Numbered from the whole stretch's first letter, positions 36,350 through 49,539 are shown. The stretch: DNA of 63,699 bases, filler included, from Choristocarpus tenellus KU-1152 (GCA_964200185.2; 10 parts of 10 records of this genome joined end to end with filler, not necessarily neighbours in it), one strand, 5' to 3'. Made by a program: numbers and translations. The notes: generated by a model from the letters alone, not told the origin.

Positions 36350-37257
36350 CCAGACTCAAGCCATTCAACATGCATCATCATAACACCAGACGAAACGTAA
36401 CAACAGCAAATGATCTGGAGGAGGAAGTGCCGAGAAACACGAACCATACACGGGGGAACACAATTACAAAACATGAGCACCCAGCCAGGAGGCATGGTCA
36501 TGACCTAAACTGTTCTGGACGAGAACCATGATCCCCAGCGTGTGGAAGGCCTTGTTAGGAAGCTGGTCAAAGTCCAACATGTTTACAACCCCCAAGACAT
36601 CAGCGGAGTGTGGCGCAACGAGGTCCGGTAATGAAGTTCTGGACTCTGAGAATGAGAAAGGAGAGGGCATGAAGAATCCCCCACGACGTTGCTTCTAAAT
36701 ATTTTCTCTTCTGTGCAGAGAAAGAGGGAGATGAAAAAGTGGCAGACGGCACAGATCTGAGGATGGAATCCATCACTAAAGGGGGAAGTGCTGGAGGATA
36801 AGATGACAATAGTGACAATCCTAGATCCAGTGGTGATCCCTGTGCTGAACTGTAATCGATCCACTCTGATGGTAAGTTCAACATCGGAATGACAGCAATT
36901 TTCCTCGAGACTTTCGCATTGGAACTCCTCCACTCGGTCAAGAGATCGGCATCAACATACAACCATGTGCAAACCTGTGTCCTCCAACAGGTTAGACACA
37001 GCTACGGGTTCAAATTCATGCGGGCTGGTAAATCTGCTGAACAAATAGTCCTGGACGACTATTGCGACATTTATGAAGTAAATCCGGGATGGGTTATGTG
37101 ACAGCAGAGGAAATGGGCGGAGGACGCTGCATGTTGAGGATATCGAAGCGCTCGCTGCAAAGAAGGCTGTGTTCCTGAGTTTCATACATGCACAGACAGA
37201 TGTGGAAATAGAAGGACAAGAGGTGCGACTTCAGACATGCCCATGACCTGAAGTAGG
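36350..37257 (+). pseudogene. Diverged relative of the element's terminal ORF
   Basis: QPGGMVMT..VLDENHDP ~ RPGGLAITCTALGDNLDP; FLETFALELLHS..YGFKFMRAGK..EDIEALAAKKAVFLSF..CDF..AHDLK* ~ FMEACITELLRS..HGFRLVKSGK..EHVEALQEKKAIFLSL..CNF..AHQLK*. Confidence 0.7.
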
Positions 37258-38034
37258 ACTTTTTTGGTTTTTGTTAGAACTTGAAGTAATGGACATTATT
37301 TTTGTTGGATTTATGGATTCCTGTACCTTGGGGACAGTCTCCGACAACCAAGTTTGTATAGTTTAGATACGACGGGTTTACCACGTTCATAGTGTTATCA
37401 GGTGTGTAAGAACCACTCTGAAGCGTCAGTGTAGTCATATACCTCACCACAGGTCCTGGGGACGTTGGCAAACTGTTTGTAACATATGTAAAATTGGGAG
37501 TCTGAACCTTAAGTTCAACACCTTTCACTTTCTTGGATTTGTGTTTCTGAATTTGGTACAGTACGCTCATATCCTGGTTATTAGATACACTATGTTGACA
37601 CTGCAGTTCACTTCGTGGACTTTGGTTCATACACCTGTCCGTTGGCTCGTAATTGGCAGAAACGGTGTGCCTCTTGTCAACCAGTGATTTGGTCTAGTCG
37701 TCAATGCTTGGAAAACAACAGCTTTGGTTCAACACTTGGGTTCACATTTGTATTTAGGCATGGTCAGAGTGCAATCGCAGCACGCAGATACACGGAAATA
37801 TAAACATAATACACCAGGGGTAAACATGTGTTCACCTCAACATTTTTTCCTCTGTTGCAAAGGGAGCTCTATCGCCCATTACACTGTGCAGTTTATCGCA
37901 TAGGGTTTCATGCTCACTTCATCATTTGTTCGGGTATATCACAATTCTTTGGATATACTCGCTTTGTTTATGTAAAGCGCCAAGGTTATAACAGGGTAAC
38001 CCGTTTTGGGCAGTTTTGTGTTACAAACTGCCAA

Positions 38035-38139
38035 ATACATTATCCATCCGACGCATGCAACCAAATCGCCCAAACATCATGACACAGAAAAATGGTCCCC
38101 AAATGGACAGCCGCCACCCCCCCAAGATACTTTTGACTC
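38035..38139 (-). mobile_element. Family-B left end
   Basis: Reverse complement of 18734-18840. Confidence 0.8.
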
Positions 38140-38225
38140 TTGATATGATTGGGGTATACAGAATGGACTGCCATTAAGCGCAATTCAAATGTATAATGAC
38201 CTTATAATGACCAAATAATAAATAG

Positions 38226-38484
38226 AAGCCAAAGTATCTCAGAGGGTAGAGCCGTGTCCATTTGGGGACCAAAATCCAATGTTGCGATTTTGATGTAACT
38301 TTGGCCATCGTGTTAGTTAGGAAGTGTCAATATCCATGTTCCCCACACACCTGTTCATAACGTATACACTTTACCTTCTTCGAATTTGTTTTTGAGTAGG
38401 AAAACACCATTAATAAACCCATGGAAAGCCAAGCCCAAATGGACAAACAAGGCAAAACTCGTACCCTTATAGATACTTTCACTC
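38226..38484 (+). mobile_element. MITE-A, full length, TSD ATAG (or ATA)
   Basis: ATAG|AAGCCAAAGTATCT...AGATACTTTCACTC|ATAG; empty-site paralog at 56513-56620. Confidence 0.9.
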
Positions 38485-40082
38485 ATAGTCAAGAAGTACA
38501 CTATATAAAATCTAAGGCTTCAAGGTCATAATGGTGTTTATGAAACAGCCATCGAGACTCATCGCCTATTACAAATCTGATCCTGACTCGATACCAGGAG
38601 AGAGAACTGCTTCTGCTGCGCACCCCTACATAGGCATGTTGCCTTTGCTTTACCCCATTGAATCATCAGAGGTTGCTTCATCTAAAGAGGAAGATTCCCC
38701 ACCAAAGCCCAGTGCTGACAAGGTGGCTGTGAGGGCAGCGACAAATTGATGCATCTTTTCATTCAAGGACTTGTGGGAGTTGGAAGGGTGTGCGTGGGGT
38801 TGGAAATCAGGCATATGCAATCTGCGCCATTGGGTTTGAAGAAGTACAAATGTGAAGTGTGTCGGAAAATTTTCAAACAATAGAGAAATAAACGCTCTCA
38901 AGTCAAACTTAGAAATTAATCCTTACAAATATGGGTGATTTGCAAAAGATTGAAAAACACACTTAAAATACAAATGGACCTAAACCTGGGTACCCCTCCT
39001 TTACTTTGACTCTGTGTACCTTACAAGACTTGATCCTACGACCCTAAAACTTGCAGAAGATGTTCCAGGCGTCTGTCTACTTGCGATTGTTTCTTCTCGG
39101 TTTTGGCCTGTTTTGGTGGGCCATTCCAAGTTGAAAGTGGTTGAGAGGAGCTTTTCTTACTCCATGAAATTTGAGGTTTTGTCTGCTGCTCTAGCGTCAA
39201 TTTCTACAGCAGCTCTACATCGGAAAATCGTTGCTCTGCCACTGGCATCAATGGTAGATTTTCGACACCGTAAGCTTCGAGATCATGACTCTGCGGTAGG
39301 AATGACCACCAAACTTCACCCCTGATCTAGAAGCATCTGCCAATGTGACGACATCCACCAAAGCATCGAAGTCATCCGACAGATTATGGAGGGGTTGGAT
39401 GGTCGTAAGGATTTTAAGGGTTATGAGTCAAGGTTGATCATGCACATGGCTAGGCACTCAGTAAGCTTGGGTCGACCCTCTCCATCTACAGGAATTAGTC
39501 GAACAGAATTGCACACTGTTTGCCATACATTCATTCCGAACACATGGGCTTTTTCCCATTCTTACATGTGAAGATGAATTACACTGCGAAAGTAGTCATC
39601 CAAGGGACATTGCGACGCTACTGGGTGGTTGTTTCGACTACTAACTGATCCCAAGAAGAGATGTGTGTCAGGACAAAAGAGCTGAGTGCTTGGCGTTATT
39701 GTGATTAAAGTTATCATAATATGCACGCCTGGAGAAATAAGACAATTGTAAAGTATACCATGTTTTGTGTATGTGGTGTAACTAATAAGATAGTATATCT
39801 TGATTATGTATGGGCTTTGGTATTACAATAAAAATTCCCTGACATAACTATTGACTTACATCTGAGACACAGATAATGATATAGGAGCAATAAGAATAGA
39901 CCCTACAAGGTCACTCTTCTTTTCAACCATGTAACATATTCAGCAATGGGGAATCGTGTGAGACTCCACACCTTCTTGTCTTCACTAGTAATCAAATAGC
40001 AATACCTTCCAAAGTTAATTGCACAGTATCATCTAACATCTTCTCGTATGCTTCATTCTCTCTTGGGAACCAATTATCTTTT

Positions 40083-40340
40083 GAACCAAATCAACTAAGA
40101 GGGCAAGAGATTACCCCTGTTTGTCTGTCTGGGACTTGGCTCCCCACGGATTTTTTATGCCCTTTTTCGGTTTTCTGTGTGAACACAGTTACCTAAAATG
40201 TATCCGAGTATGAAAGGTGTGTCCAGAGCAAGGATATTGATTCTTACTAATAAACAGGATAGCCAAAATTAATCAAAAACGCAACATCTGATTAATGGTC
40301 CCGAACGGACGCGTCCCTACCCTCTTGAATGCTTTGGGTC
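40083..40340 (-). mobile_element. MITE-A subfamily 2, full length
   Basis: GAACCAAATCAACTAAGAGGG...CCCTCTTGAATGCTTTGGGTC. Confidence 0.75.
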
Positions 40341-40382
40341 TGTTATTTTTTATGTCTAAGGAGCAAATGTGAGACTGGTATT

Positions 40383-40640
40383 GAGCCAAAGTATCTTAGA
40401 GGGTAGAGCCGCGTCCATTTCGGGGTCAAATTCCAATGTTCCGATCTTGATGTAATTTTGACTATCATGTTTTTGAGGAAGTGTCAATATCCTTGTTCCG
40501 GACACACCTTTTCATAACGTGCAAATTTTACCTACTCCGAAAGATATTGGAGTAGGAAAAAGTAATAAAACACCTGTGGAAAGCCAAGTCCCAAATGGAC
40601 AAACAGGGCAAAGCTCGTACCCTCTAAGATACTTTAACTC
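40383..40640 (+). mobile_element. MITE-A, full length, 3-bp TSD ATT
   Basis: ATT|GAGCCAAAGTATCTTAGAGGGTA...TACCCTCTAAGATACTTTAACTC|ATT. Confidence 0.92.
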
Positions 40641-41039
40641 ATTGAGAAAAAAGAGGCATCAAGTCTGGAACAGGTACACTTTTGTCTAAAATATTTTTTC
40701 GAGTCAAACCAATCGAGAGGTTTGGACATATCCTTAAGCCTTCTTCTTACCCTGTATAATACACCCTACTTCATTGCTTTATGTGCACAATAGTTTATAC
40801 AAAATTGATGTTCCCCCTTTCCATACATGATGCGATATCCTAATTCGGGAAAGACTTCCTGAAAATTGTACAAAATTATATATTTTTGCACTTTGTCAGG
40901 ATACTTATAATGCAACCCTGCGTACCTCGCAGTTGGTTAACTCTTTGGCTCAGGAAAATAAATTGAGGTCAGTTCTTTGGCGGGGCAAGTGTTGACCACC
41001 AAAATCGGCAGTTAGATTAGCAATTTATCTTATCTGCTT

Positions 41040-41700
41040 TGCGTTAGGTCTGCTTCGAGGTGACTTAAAGTCTGGAGACCTCCAGTGCGTCCTGTAGTGT
41101 GTGGGAGGTGAAGTTCAGCAGGATCTTCCCCACCACGCGTTGGTAGAGGAATTAAAAACTAACCTTCTTCCTCTCTAACACTGTTCTTGTCCAGGATTGT
41201 GAACTGGGTGCCATGTTGGGAGGCCATAATGCAAGGGGACCTGTCCCAGAGTTAGTTGAGTCCCTGCCACCCTGCTTGCTCAAGCGAGCCACCTACAGCG
41301 CCGTCGACCAAACTAATCGACATATTATTGGTGATTCCCACCTGAGTCCAGGTTGTCATGTGTGCTGTCTCCCTTGGGTCACCATTCTTCCCTTTCCCCT
41401 TCTTGTTCTTGGTCTTGTTCACCTTCTTGTCTTTGCCTATATCGTTTGGTTGAGATATCCATGATAAGGATCTTTTCCCTGATGAACCCCTTTGGACTGT
41501 TGGTGTGACTACCACTGTGAAAAGATAGTGTCGATCATCCTGGGGGTGGGACTTCTTCAGCAAACCCCAAAACCATCACATGTATCGAATGGGATGAATC
41601 TGAATCTGCAATCTCATGGTTGGACGCACATCCCCATCAACTGGGAGTGGTCCAGGAACGTTCCTTGGATGTTATGAACGTTAAGATGATCAACATGTGT
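41040..41700 (-). mobile_element. Possible degenerate LTR-retrotransposon gag/protease remnant
   Basis: Lys-rich stretch followed by ETAHM and TLQDALEV-like motifs; weak. Confidence 0.25.
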
Positions 41701-42109
41701 AGGTAGGTGGAGAAATAGATGTCATCAAGATCAGTGTCCAAGTCCACTTATCTGTTATGTAACATCGAAAAATATCTCAGAATAGTTATAGGGTGTAATT
41801 TCCAGAAAATAGTTTTAATACTCCACCTATATTTTTGTACGAATTTATAAAAAACAGACCTTAACCAATATACCCTAAACTGTTCTTCCCAAACACTCTA
41901 TTGTTTTGGATTTTGAACTGTGTGAGTTGGACCAAGTACTAAAAATATGCATTTTTGATTCTAATATTCTGATATTGTGATAAATATCCTTTGCATTGTC
42001 AATATGCAAACCCTACAATACAATACAATACAATACCTTCTCCACTTTCTATAACATTAGTCGCCAACTCCCTAGTATAGGCCTTGCGAACCTCACACCA
42101 GACATAAAA

Positions 42110-42868
42110 ATGGGGTGTGCTTCTAGCAATGAGGCTCGTGGGGGTAAAGCTACAAGCCCGCTTTGTTCAGCGTCCTCCAAGGCTGTTCTGTGCAAAGTAA
42201 GCGTCATCAAGTCCAATTGTACATTTGTAGGGGATTGAAGAAGTCTCCACCTACATCACTTCAGCACCTGGTTGTATATCTAAGTGTACGAATGCTTACT
42301 CCCTAATTAATGCACGCGCCCTTGTAAGTCTTGTAACCCCTTTTCAGGGGGCCTTGAATCACATGCTCTCATGACCTAACCAGGACCAGCCCAATCCAAT
42401 CCACGCTGAACACCTTCGTCTCGCCGTCAGTTTCGAGACGAGATGGGATCCACGGACGTAGTTCTTGTCACCGGCACAACAGGTGGAACGCCCTGTCCAC
42501 ATGTGTCCAACGCAATTCCAAGATAGTTAATATACATGAATGCATGTCGTAGGGGTAGGGTAATAGACCTAAACATGGTTGTCCACGGCAATCATGGTCA
42601 GCCTTCTCGATACTGTTTACTTGTTGATTCCTGCCATGATATATATGCGCATGACTACGTGGCCCCAGTCATTACGCATACCATCCGCATGCCCCACCTT
42701 GTCTCATGATTATACTTTGCAGTGCCCTCATCAAGTTTCTACACCCCTGGCAACGACGACGTTGCGGGAAAAGACAAATTCAAGAACTGGGCAGGCTCTG
42801 TAACGAGCTCTGGTATTCGTAAGTTCGCGCCCAAGAACGAGGCAGACCTCAAGGAAATACTTTCTCAG
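42110..42868 (+). CDS. 5' exons (42110-42196, 42431-42482, 42723-42868) of an FAD-linked aldonolactone oxidase-like protein
   Basis: In-phase GT-AG junctions; FKNWAGSV...FAPKNEADLKEILSQ resembles the N-terminus of GULO/ALO FAD-binding domains; remaining exons not found in the contig. Confidence 0.65.
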
Positions 42869-44658
42869 GTGGGTCCGAGGGAGTGCATGGGCGGTGATGA
42901 TAGGGTTCTGTCTTGTCGCGGTATTGCAGTTTGCGGCAATACAGCTATATCATTATGGGGATTGAGTTGATACAGTCTAGAGAAAGAAAAGAGGTGGAAG
43001 AAGGGGGGAAGAAGGGGGGGTGATACTTTGTCTTTTACATTGAGGGGGAAGGGTGACTCACCCCAATATTTCTTAAAATTAGGAACCGAGGCGGAGCCCA
43101 CCACCTAGACTCGGCACAGTTTGTGTAAGTGGAAAAAGGTCATGCTTACGAGATGGGAAACGCATAACTAGAATGCTACAAAAGAAGTAGAGCCATAATT
43201 CATTTAAGGGAGGAAAGTGTCCCAGAGTGTGAAATATCAACACGCGTCATAGTCTTGTTGTGACCCAATGAATTTCCCTACAGATCATTTCATAAACGCG
43301 TGCATGGGTGTGCCACATATGTTCTCCTGTCCTCGAAAAGAACAAGCAAATTAGTGAGAAAGATAATATTAGACTCTCAAGACTTACGTAAAAGTCTCAA
43401 ATATCGCTCTTACAGTTGTGTGATAGGAAATGGATTGGGATTTCGTCTCCACATTTTAGCACGCCATGCCTGTGGTACACAAATTTTGATAGTCAAAGTC
43501 GTAATCCAACTGCCAGATGTATTGCGAAAAATACGGTTTAATGCTCCACTATCAATTACCAAGGTCACATTTTAGCACTGTCATTTCCAATCTGTGTGCA
43601 TCACGAGAACAATTTCGACACATAGACCCCCCCAAAGTGTTTGAGGTATTCCAACTATGTGATTAATATAGTGCAATTTGGTTGTGATGAGGTTTACGGG
43701 GTGAAAGAGGCTTAACATTGCTAAACACTGAACATGATCCATTCTGGTAGCCAACTTTAATATTTAATCCACCCTCAGATGAACCGATGAGTGTAGAGCT
43801 CTCTAACAAGTATGTTTCAAAGGAAAACAATATTTGTTGCCTAGCACAAGGGTTTGTTGTTACAGTGACTGGGGTTTGAAAAACATCACATCCTTCAACT
43901 TTTCCCCAGTCATCAACTGTTGAATGATGGGATGGCGTGATTGAGCAACTGCCCACAGACTCGTAATTGATCAGCGCTCGTATTTGACCACCAAAGTGAA
44001 TCATGTTGCCGTTAGTGTAGCACCAGTCAATATTTTGTTTCAGTTTGGAGTATCGAACTCCAAGTTCATCTTTTACTCAGACTTCTTACAGGTGTCTGAT
44101 TCCTCACCATCAGCAACCGGTAGGTCCACCTGTTGTTATTGAGTGACAGAAAAATTTGGATATTAAAGATGCTACCAAAAGGATGATCATGTGAGATCCA
44201 ATGTCAGGAAAAGATTATTGCCTGTTCTCAATACTCATTGTTTGTTACACATTGCAGTACGAAATTGCTGCTGCTCTTTTGCGTTGGAGAAGTAATACTC
44301 TGCATGTTGTGCTTCCGAGTACGGTTCCATGAAACTAAATAGTGAAATATCTATTCTTCTAGACTATGTGAAGGAAGGCGGTTGATGAATGAAGGGCCAG
44401 AAATAACATTTATCTCTACTATACTATGCCAAGAGTTGTACCTTTTGTTGCCATGGAATTGCAATTGTATATGCATAGGTTTTAATGATGTTTGGGTGAA
44501 ATAAAATCATGACCGGATAGTGTTGAATCTCAGGACCAAGATTGGTGACTTGTCAGTTTCGTTTGTCAAGGAGAACAAATCAAAGAAAGTTGGGGGGAAA
44601 GTTTAAAGATTGGTGGAACAGAAAAACTGTGGGGTATATTTACAAAATGAGCAGAAAA

Positions 44659-44707
44659 GGATCAAAGTATCTGGGGGTGGGGTGGGGTGTCGGTGTCCGT
44701 TTTTCAC
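44659..44707 (+). mobile_element. Family-B-type terminus at contig end
   Basis: GGATCAAAGTATCTGGGGGTGGGGTGGGG...GTCCGTTT. Confidence 0.75.
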
Positions 44708-46060
44708 NNNNNNNNNNNNNNNNNNNNNNNNNNNNNNNNNNNNNNNNNNNNTTAATTAATTAANNNNNNNNNNNNNNNNNNNNNNNNNNNNNNNNNNNNN
44801 NNNNNNNGGAGGAGGGTGTGGTTGAGGAGATGGATGGAGAGATATGGCAGCCCGTGTAGAGATAGACTTCAAGAAATAATGATCCTGCGTGAGTGCAAAG
44901 GAATTCAACGCTCCAATTCTTCTGTGACCCAAACCCCAACGAACAAGGCCTGGAAGGCCAATCCGACGCAGCATCACGAAGGGGTGCATATCAATTAGTG
45001 TCTCCCCTGAGAATGCACGAAATACTCCAGAGCATCCGTTTTCTCTTTGCTGTTCGCCACGCCTTGTAAGCCAAATGAGCAAGGTGTTTTTCGTGAGGCC
45101 TCACAACTTAGTACTTGTAACTAAAATTGATTTGGTGGCAACCAAGTCAGTGCCACTTCACCTTGATCAGGGGTGAGATAATAATACATATTTGGCAAAT
45201 AGAACGATCACGATTTCGATATATCAGATATGACCACATTTGGTCAAATCTTCAACGTGAAAAGAGGCATGGGCAAGGACTAGTTAGTCTTAGCATGAAA
45301 TTATGTTAACTCCATCAAGGAGAGATACAGGTGTAAAAACATGGACCATCGTCTTCAATGAAGAGGGAAAAGAAGATGGGAGACTCCCAGAGGGAGTGCA
45401 GAAATCGTGATCAAATTACAGCTGTATAGCTGCAGTGTCAATCATTATATACTTGCGGATATAAAATCCAACAGCATTTCATATGGATGTTCTAATCAAT
45501 TTGAATAAAATTGGAAATAGAAAGTAAATCTTAAACCGTGGACAAACATGGGGATGGAGTTGCCCGTACACCATCATTGAAATAACTGTTGAACAAAATA
45601 GTTGTCCTCCTGAAATAAAAAAATGAAATAAAATAAAACAAGTGGAAGTGTGCTAGAGTCATTTGGAAAAAAGAACTTGGGTCTTCTTCGTTCATACATG
45701 ATGCACATGTGCAAAAAAAAAAATCAACTTAGCATAAGTTGATATTGTCCAGAACAAATATCCGTGCAAATATAGACATATATTTATTGAACAAAACCGC
45801 AATACATATAATAACTAAAACACAAATATAATTCGCAACGCCAATATACTTGAAAATATATCACCTTCAGTACAACGTTCAATCAAGTATGGAAACTTTT
45901 TCATGGATCAGAGTTGACATTAACCGAAGGTTGTGTGTTGGAATTAGGTGTATCCAGACAATGTTGTTCCGATATGTAGCAATCATTTCTGGACATTGTG
46001 TGGCAAACCACGTGGACGAAGAATACATAAGAAGCACGGCCATGAACATTAAGGCGTAAT

Positions 46061-47545
46061 CTATACTCTATGCTCATAGATAGGTGAACGAGGTCCACGC
46101 CCAAATTTGTGTCCCACAATAGCTTCAATAATATAAGGACTAATGCTTACCGGGGATTCTAAATAATCAAGATATGTTAAGGGCAAAGTACGCCCAAGAA
46201 AAAATGTATTGAGTTTCATAAAATTAGGTTCAGGTGGTTGTGTGTTCGGAATGTAAGGTTTCAAATGGGCTACATGAACAGAAATATTTCTGATGTCTCC
46301 TTGTTTGCGGACACAGTAAACTAGAGGGGAAATCTTGGTACTCACTGTGAAAGGTCCACGCCAGGGTTGAATCAATTTTGGATTAGGTCCGTCGCGGCCA
46401 GTAGGTGGACGATGCACCAAAACTTGAGCTCCAACTTGAAACACGGAGAAAACAAGAGTTTCATTGCTAGCAATTTTATTGGCATTCCGTTCTCTCAGAT
46501 TGCGACGGGATAACAATTCAAAAGCTAACTGTAAATTCTGAGCTGTTGATTGAGTAAACTCTTGACTAGATTGGGCAACTGTTGCTTTAGATAGACCAAA
46601 AATGACATCTATCGGTAAAATTGGCCAGTATCCAACGAGCAGGAAAAAGGATATTTCATCAAATGTGGTATTGTATGCCGTATTCTGAACCAGTTGAAGG
46701 GAAGGAACAACATTCGCCCAATTATTCTCTGCTATGTTACTGTACATAGATAACATTTGATGCAGAGTAGAATGGACACGCTCTAAAACAGAGTTACCCT
46801 GTGGTCCTGTAGGGCGTGGTACCGGTTTTATGGTACCGAAACACTGCAATTTCAGAATAAGTTTATATTAATTTCCGAACCCTGGTCAGAGGGAAGGATT
46901 TCGGGTGACCCAAATATTGAAAATATTCCTTCAAACAAAGCTTTGGCAATGGTCACTTGTTTGTCTGGAATGGGAATGAGAAAGAACAGCGTGTCATTTG
47001 ATTGACAAATCGCCGAAAGAACATATCAGCATCCACGGGAAATGGTCTTATACTGCACAAGATCAACACAGCAATCCGTTCGAATGGTCGAGTGGCAGAA
47101 ATTTGTCCTTGAGGCAATGTAGGACGTCTCTGAGAAGTTTTTCGTCTTTGGCAAAGTTGACATCCCTCACACCATTCTCTAACATCTTTTTGAAACATGG
47201 GCCACCAATACCGGTCTCGTACCTTGTCAAGAGTATGAGAAAGACCGAAGTGACCTCCCGAAGTGGGATGATCGTGGCAAGCATTTAAAACCAGAGATTG
47301 CAATTCTTTTGGAACCACCAAATGACCACGAAAAGCACAGTGTTTGCATGTATGCCCTGGAAAATATGATTGCCAAAGCAAGTTAATGTCAGCATCAACA
47401 TAAAAATATATGACATGCTATACCTCGATTCACGGGGAGGTAGAGACACTGAGTTGGGGGCTTCCAAATACGCATAATAAAGAGGATATTGATTCATTTG
47501 TACTGTACGAATTTTGGTGTGGTCCAAAATTGGAAATATGTTCAC
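46061..47545 (-). mobile_element. Gypsy/chromovirus-like integrase remnant
   Basis: LVVPKEL..CHDHP..GGHFG..YWWP..C..CQ (Zn finger), RPFERIA, PQGN..ERVH..L, KL...WRGPF, VHVAHLKPY, YIIEAIVGHK (chromodomain start); frameshifted. Confidence 0.92.
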
Positions 47546-47560
47546 CGAACCACTGAAAGT

Positions 47561-47615
47561 GTGTCAAAGTATCTTGGGGGGAGGGGTGGTTTGTGATGGG
47601 GCGTCCGTTTCGGTC
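47561..47615 (+). mobile_element. Family-B-type terminus at contig end
   Basis: GTGTCAAAGTATCTTGGGGGGAGGGG...GCGTCCGTTT; same subtype as 57759-57853. Confidence 0.75.
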
Positions 47616-47715
47616 NNNNNNNNNNNNNNNNNNNNNNNNNNNNNNNNNNNNNNNNNNNNTTAATTAATTAANNNNNNNNNNNNNNNNNNNNNNNNNNNNN
47701 NNNNNNNNNNNNNNN

Positions 47716-47756
47716 CCAAATGGACAGCCGCCACCCCCTTCCAGATACTTTGAGCC
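47716..47756 (-). mobile_element. Family-B left end inserted in the element ORF
   Basis: CCAAATGGACAGCCGCCACCCCC..AGATACTTTGAGCC. Confidence 0.8.
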
Positions 47757-48282
47757 CCATGTCCTCCTGTACAAGTTCCTCTGGACCTGACAAAGCATCA
47801 CAATCGGGTCGATCCCCGTCACCTTCAGACTTGTGTTCCGAGGGTGTGATTGCATGCCTTCCCCCTTGTAGAGTCCTGCTTCCCGTACCTAATGCAGGGC
47901 TAGGCAATCAGTTATCTTGTTCCTCTTTATCACCTGGTGGGTTGGGTCTTCCACAAGGTATAGGCGTGGATACGCCACCAGCTACCGGTGTCTTCACCAG
48001 TGCAAAATTGCGGAAGGTGGAGGGTTCGTCCATGAGGAGTTGGATACGATCCGGATCGAGGTTGTCTCCGAGGGCGGTGCATGTGATTACGATGCCTCCT
48101 GGTCGGGTCTGGAGAAGGGCGACTTCTCTCTCGTGGGTGACGCTCGTTTCGGACTTGAACTTGTCAAGGTCGTGCTCGGACGTGGCGTATTTCTCTGGCT
48201 TGATCACAATGTTTGTGACTCGTGTTATCTCTGCGATGGAGGAGGAGTAGGCAAAGGGCATGGCGAAGTAGGAGGCAAGTAG
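47757..48282 (-). pseudogene. Fragment of the element's terminal ORF (copy 3)
   Basis: Very similar to 16135-16660 (EHDLDKFKSETS..REVALLQTRPGGIVITCT). Confidence 0.85.
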
Positions 48283-48406
48283 TAGTGATAACGGATACTA
48301 CCTGGAGTGCCTGCCCCCTTCCAGGCAAGCAGTTAGTCCTTCATGTCGCCTCAGGTAGCACAAGGGAGGGCAATCAAGTGCCGCTGCTTGAGACATAGGG
48401 GCTAGA

Positions 48407-48664
48407 GAGTGAAAGTATATTAGAGGGTGTGAATTTTGCCCTGTTTGTCCATTTGGGGCTTGGCTTCCTGTGGGGTTTTTTAGTACATTTTTCTACTCCA
48501 AAATATTAAGAGTAGGTAAAGTGTATATGTTTTGAAAAGGTGTGTCCAGAACATGGATATTGACACTTCGTAACAAAAACGATGGCCAAAATTCCATCAA
48601 AATCGCAACATTGGATTTTGGCCCCCACGTGGACACGACTCTACCCTCTAAGATACTTTGGCTC
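48407..48664 (-). mobile_element. MITE-A, full length, 3-bp TSD AGA
   Basis: AGA|GAGTGAAAGTAT...AGATACTTTGGCTC|AGA. Confidence 0.9.
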
Positions 48665-49082
48665 AGAAGAAGATCTCTACTGGTAGAAGGGTGGAGATTC
48701 CTCGCTTGCAGAAATTTTCATGTGCACCATAGAGTACCCAAAATTCATGTTTCTCCTTTCCACACACAAATTGACCCCACAATTCAGCAATCTTTCCGCA
48801 ATTGTACAAAATACCATGTTCTTACCCTTTCTCGGCATTCCCAAAATGCATGCAACCTTGCCTACCTCTCAATTGGTTTGGTTCATAGAGTAATTGAAAA
48901 CATTTTATCTCGAAAAGAAGTCTGATGTCAAAGGGGTTTTGAACCCGATAATTTTATGCAGGGCATCCATCTACTACAACTACTTGGGCTGGAAATGAGA
49001 GCCGTTTATTGCCGTTGTGACCTCATTTTTGGTGGTTATCAAAAGTTTGAATTATTTGTGTTCTTATTGTCGTTTGAATATA

Positions 49083-49538
49083 GAGTGAAAGTACCTTAGA
49101 GGGTACGAGTTTTGCCCGGTTTGTCCATTTGGGGTTTGGCTTCCCATGGAGTACTTGTATGACATCTTCCTATTACAAATGTTTCGGAGTAGGTAAATGT
49201 GTACGTCATGAAAAGGTGCGTCCGTAACAAGGATATTGACACTTCTTAACAGACACGATAGCCAAAATTACATCAAAATCGAGCCAAAGTATCTTAGAGG
49301 GTAGAGTCGCGTCCATTTAGGGGACAAAATCCAATGTTGCGATTTTGATGTAGTTTTGACTATTCTGTTTGTTAGGAAGTGTCAATATCCTTGTTACGGA
49401 CGCACCTTTTCATGACATACACATTTACCTACTCCGAAACATTTGTAATAGGAAGATGTCATACAAGTACTCCATGGGAAGCCAAGCCCCAAATGGACAA
49501 ACCGGGCAAAACTCATACCCTCTAAGATACTTTCACTC
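49083..49538. mobile_element. Inverted MITE-A dimer (truncated minus copy 49083-49280 + full plus copy 49281-49538)
   Basis: ~198-bp near-perfect inverted arms sharing private variants. Confidence 0.9.
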
Positions 49539-49539
49539 C

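Noticed and set aside
44808-45060. Possible further relative of an internal exon of the ParB-like element
   Set aside because: Only short matches (EGV, P.PN.Q.GL), insufficient by eye
48294-48310. U1 snRNA-like 5' end ATACTACCTGG
   Set aside because: One base missing, and no U1 stem-loops or Sm site follow
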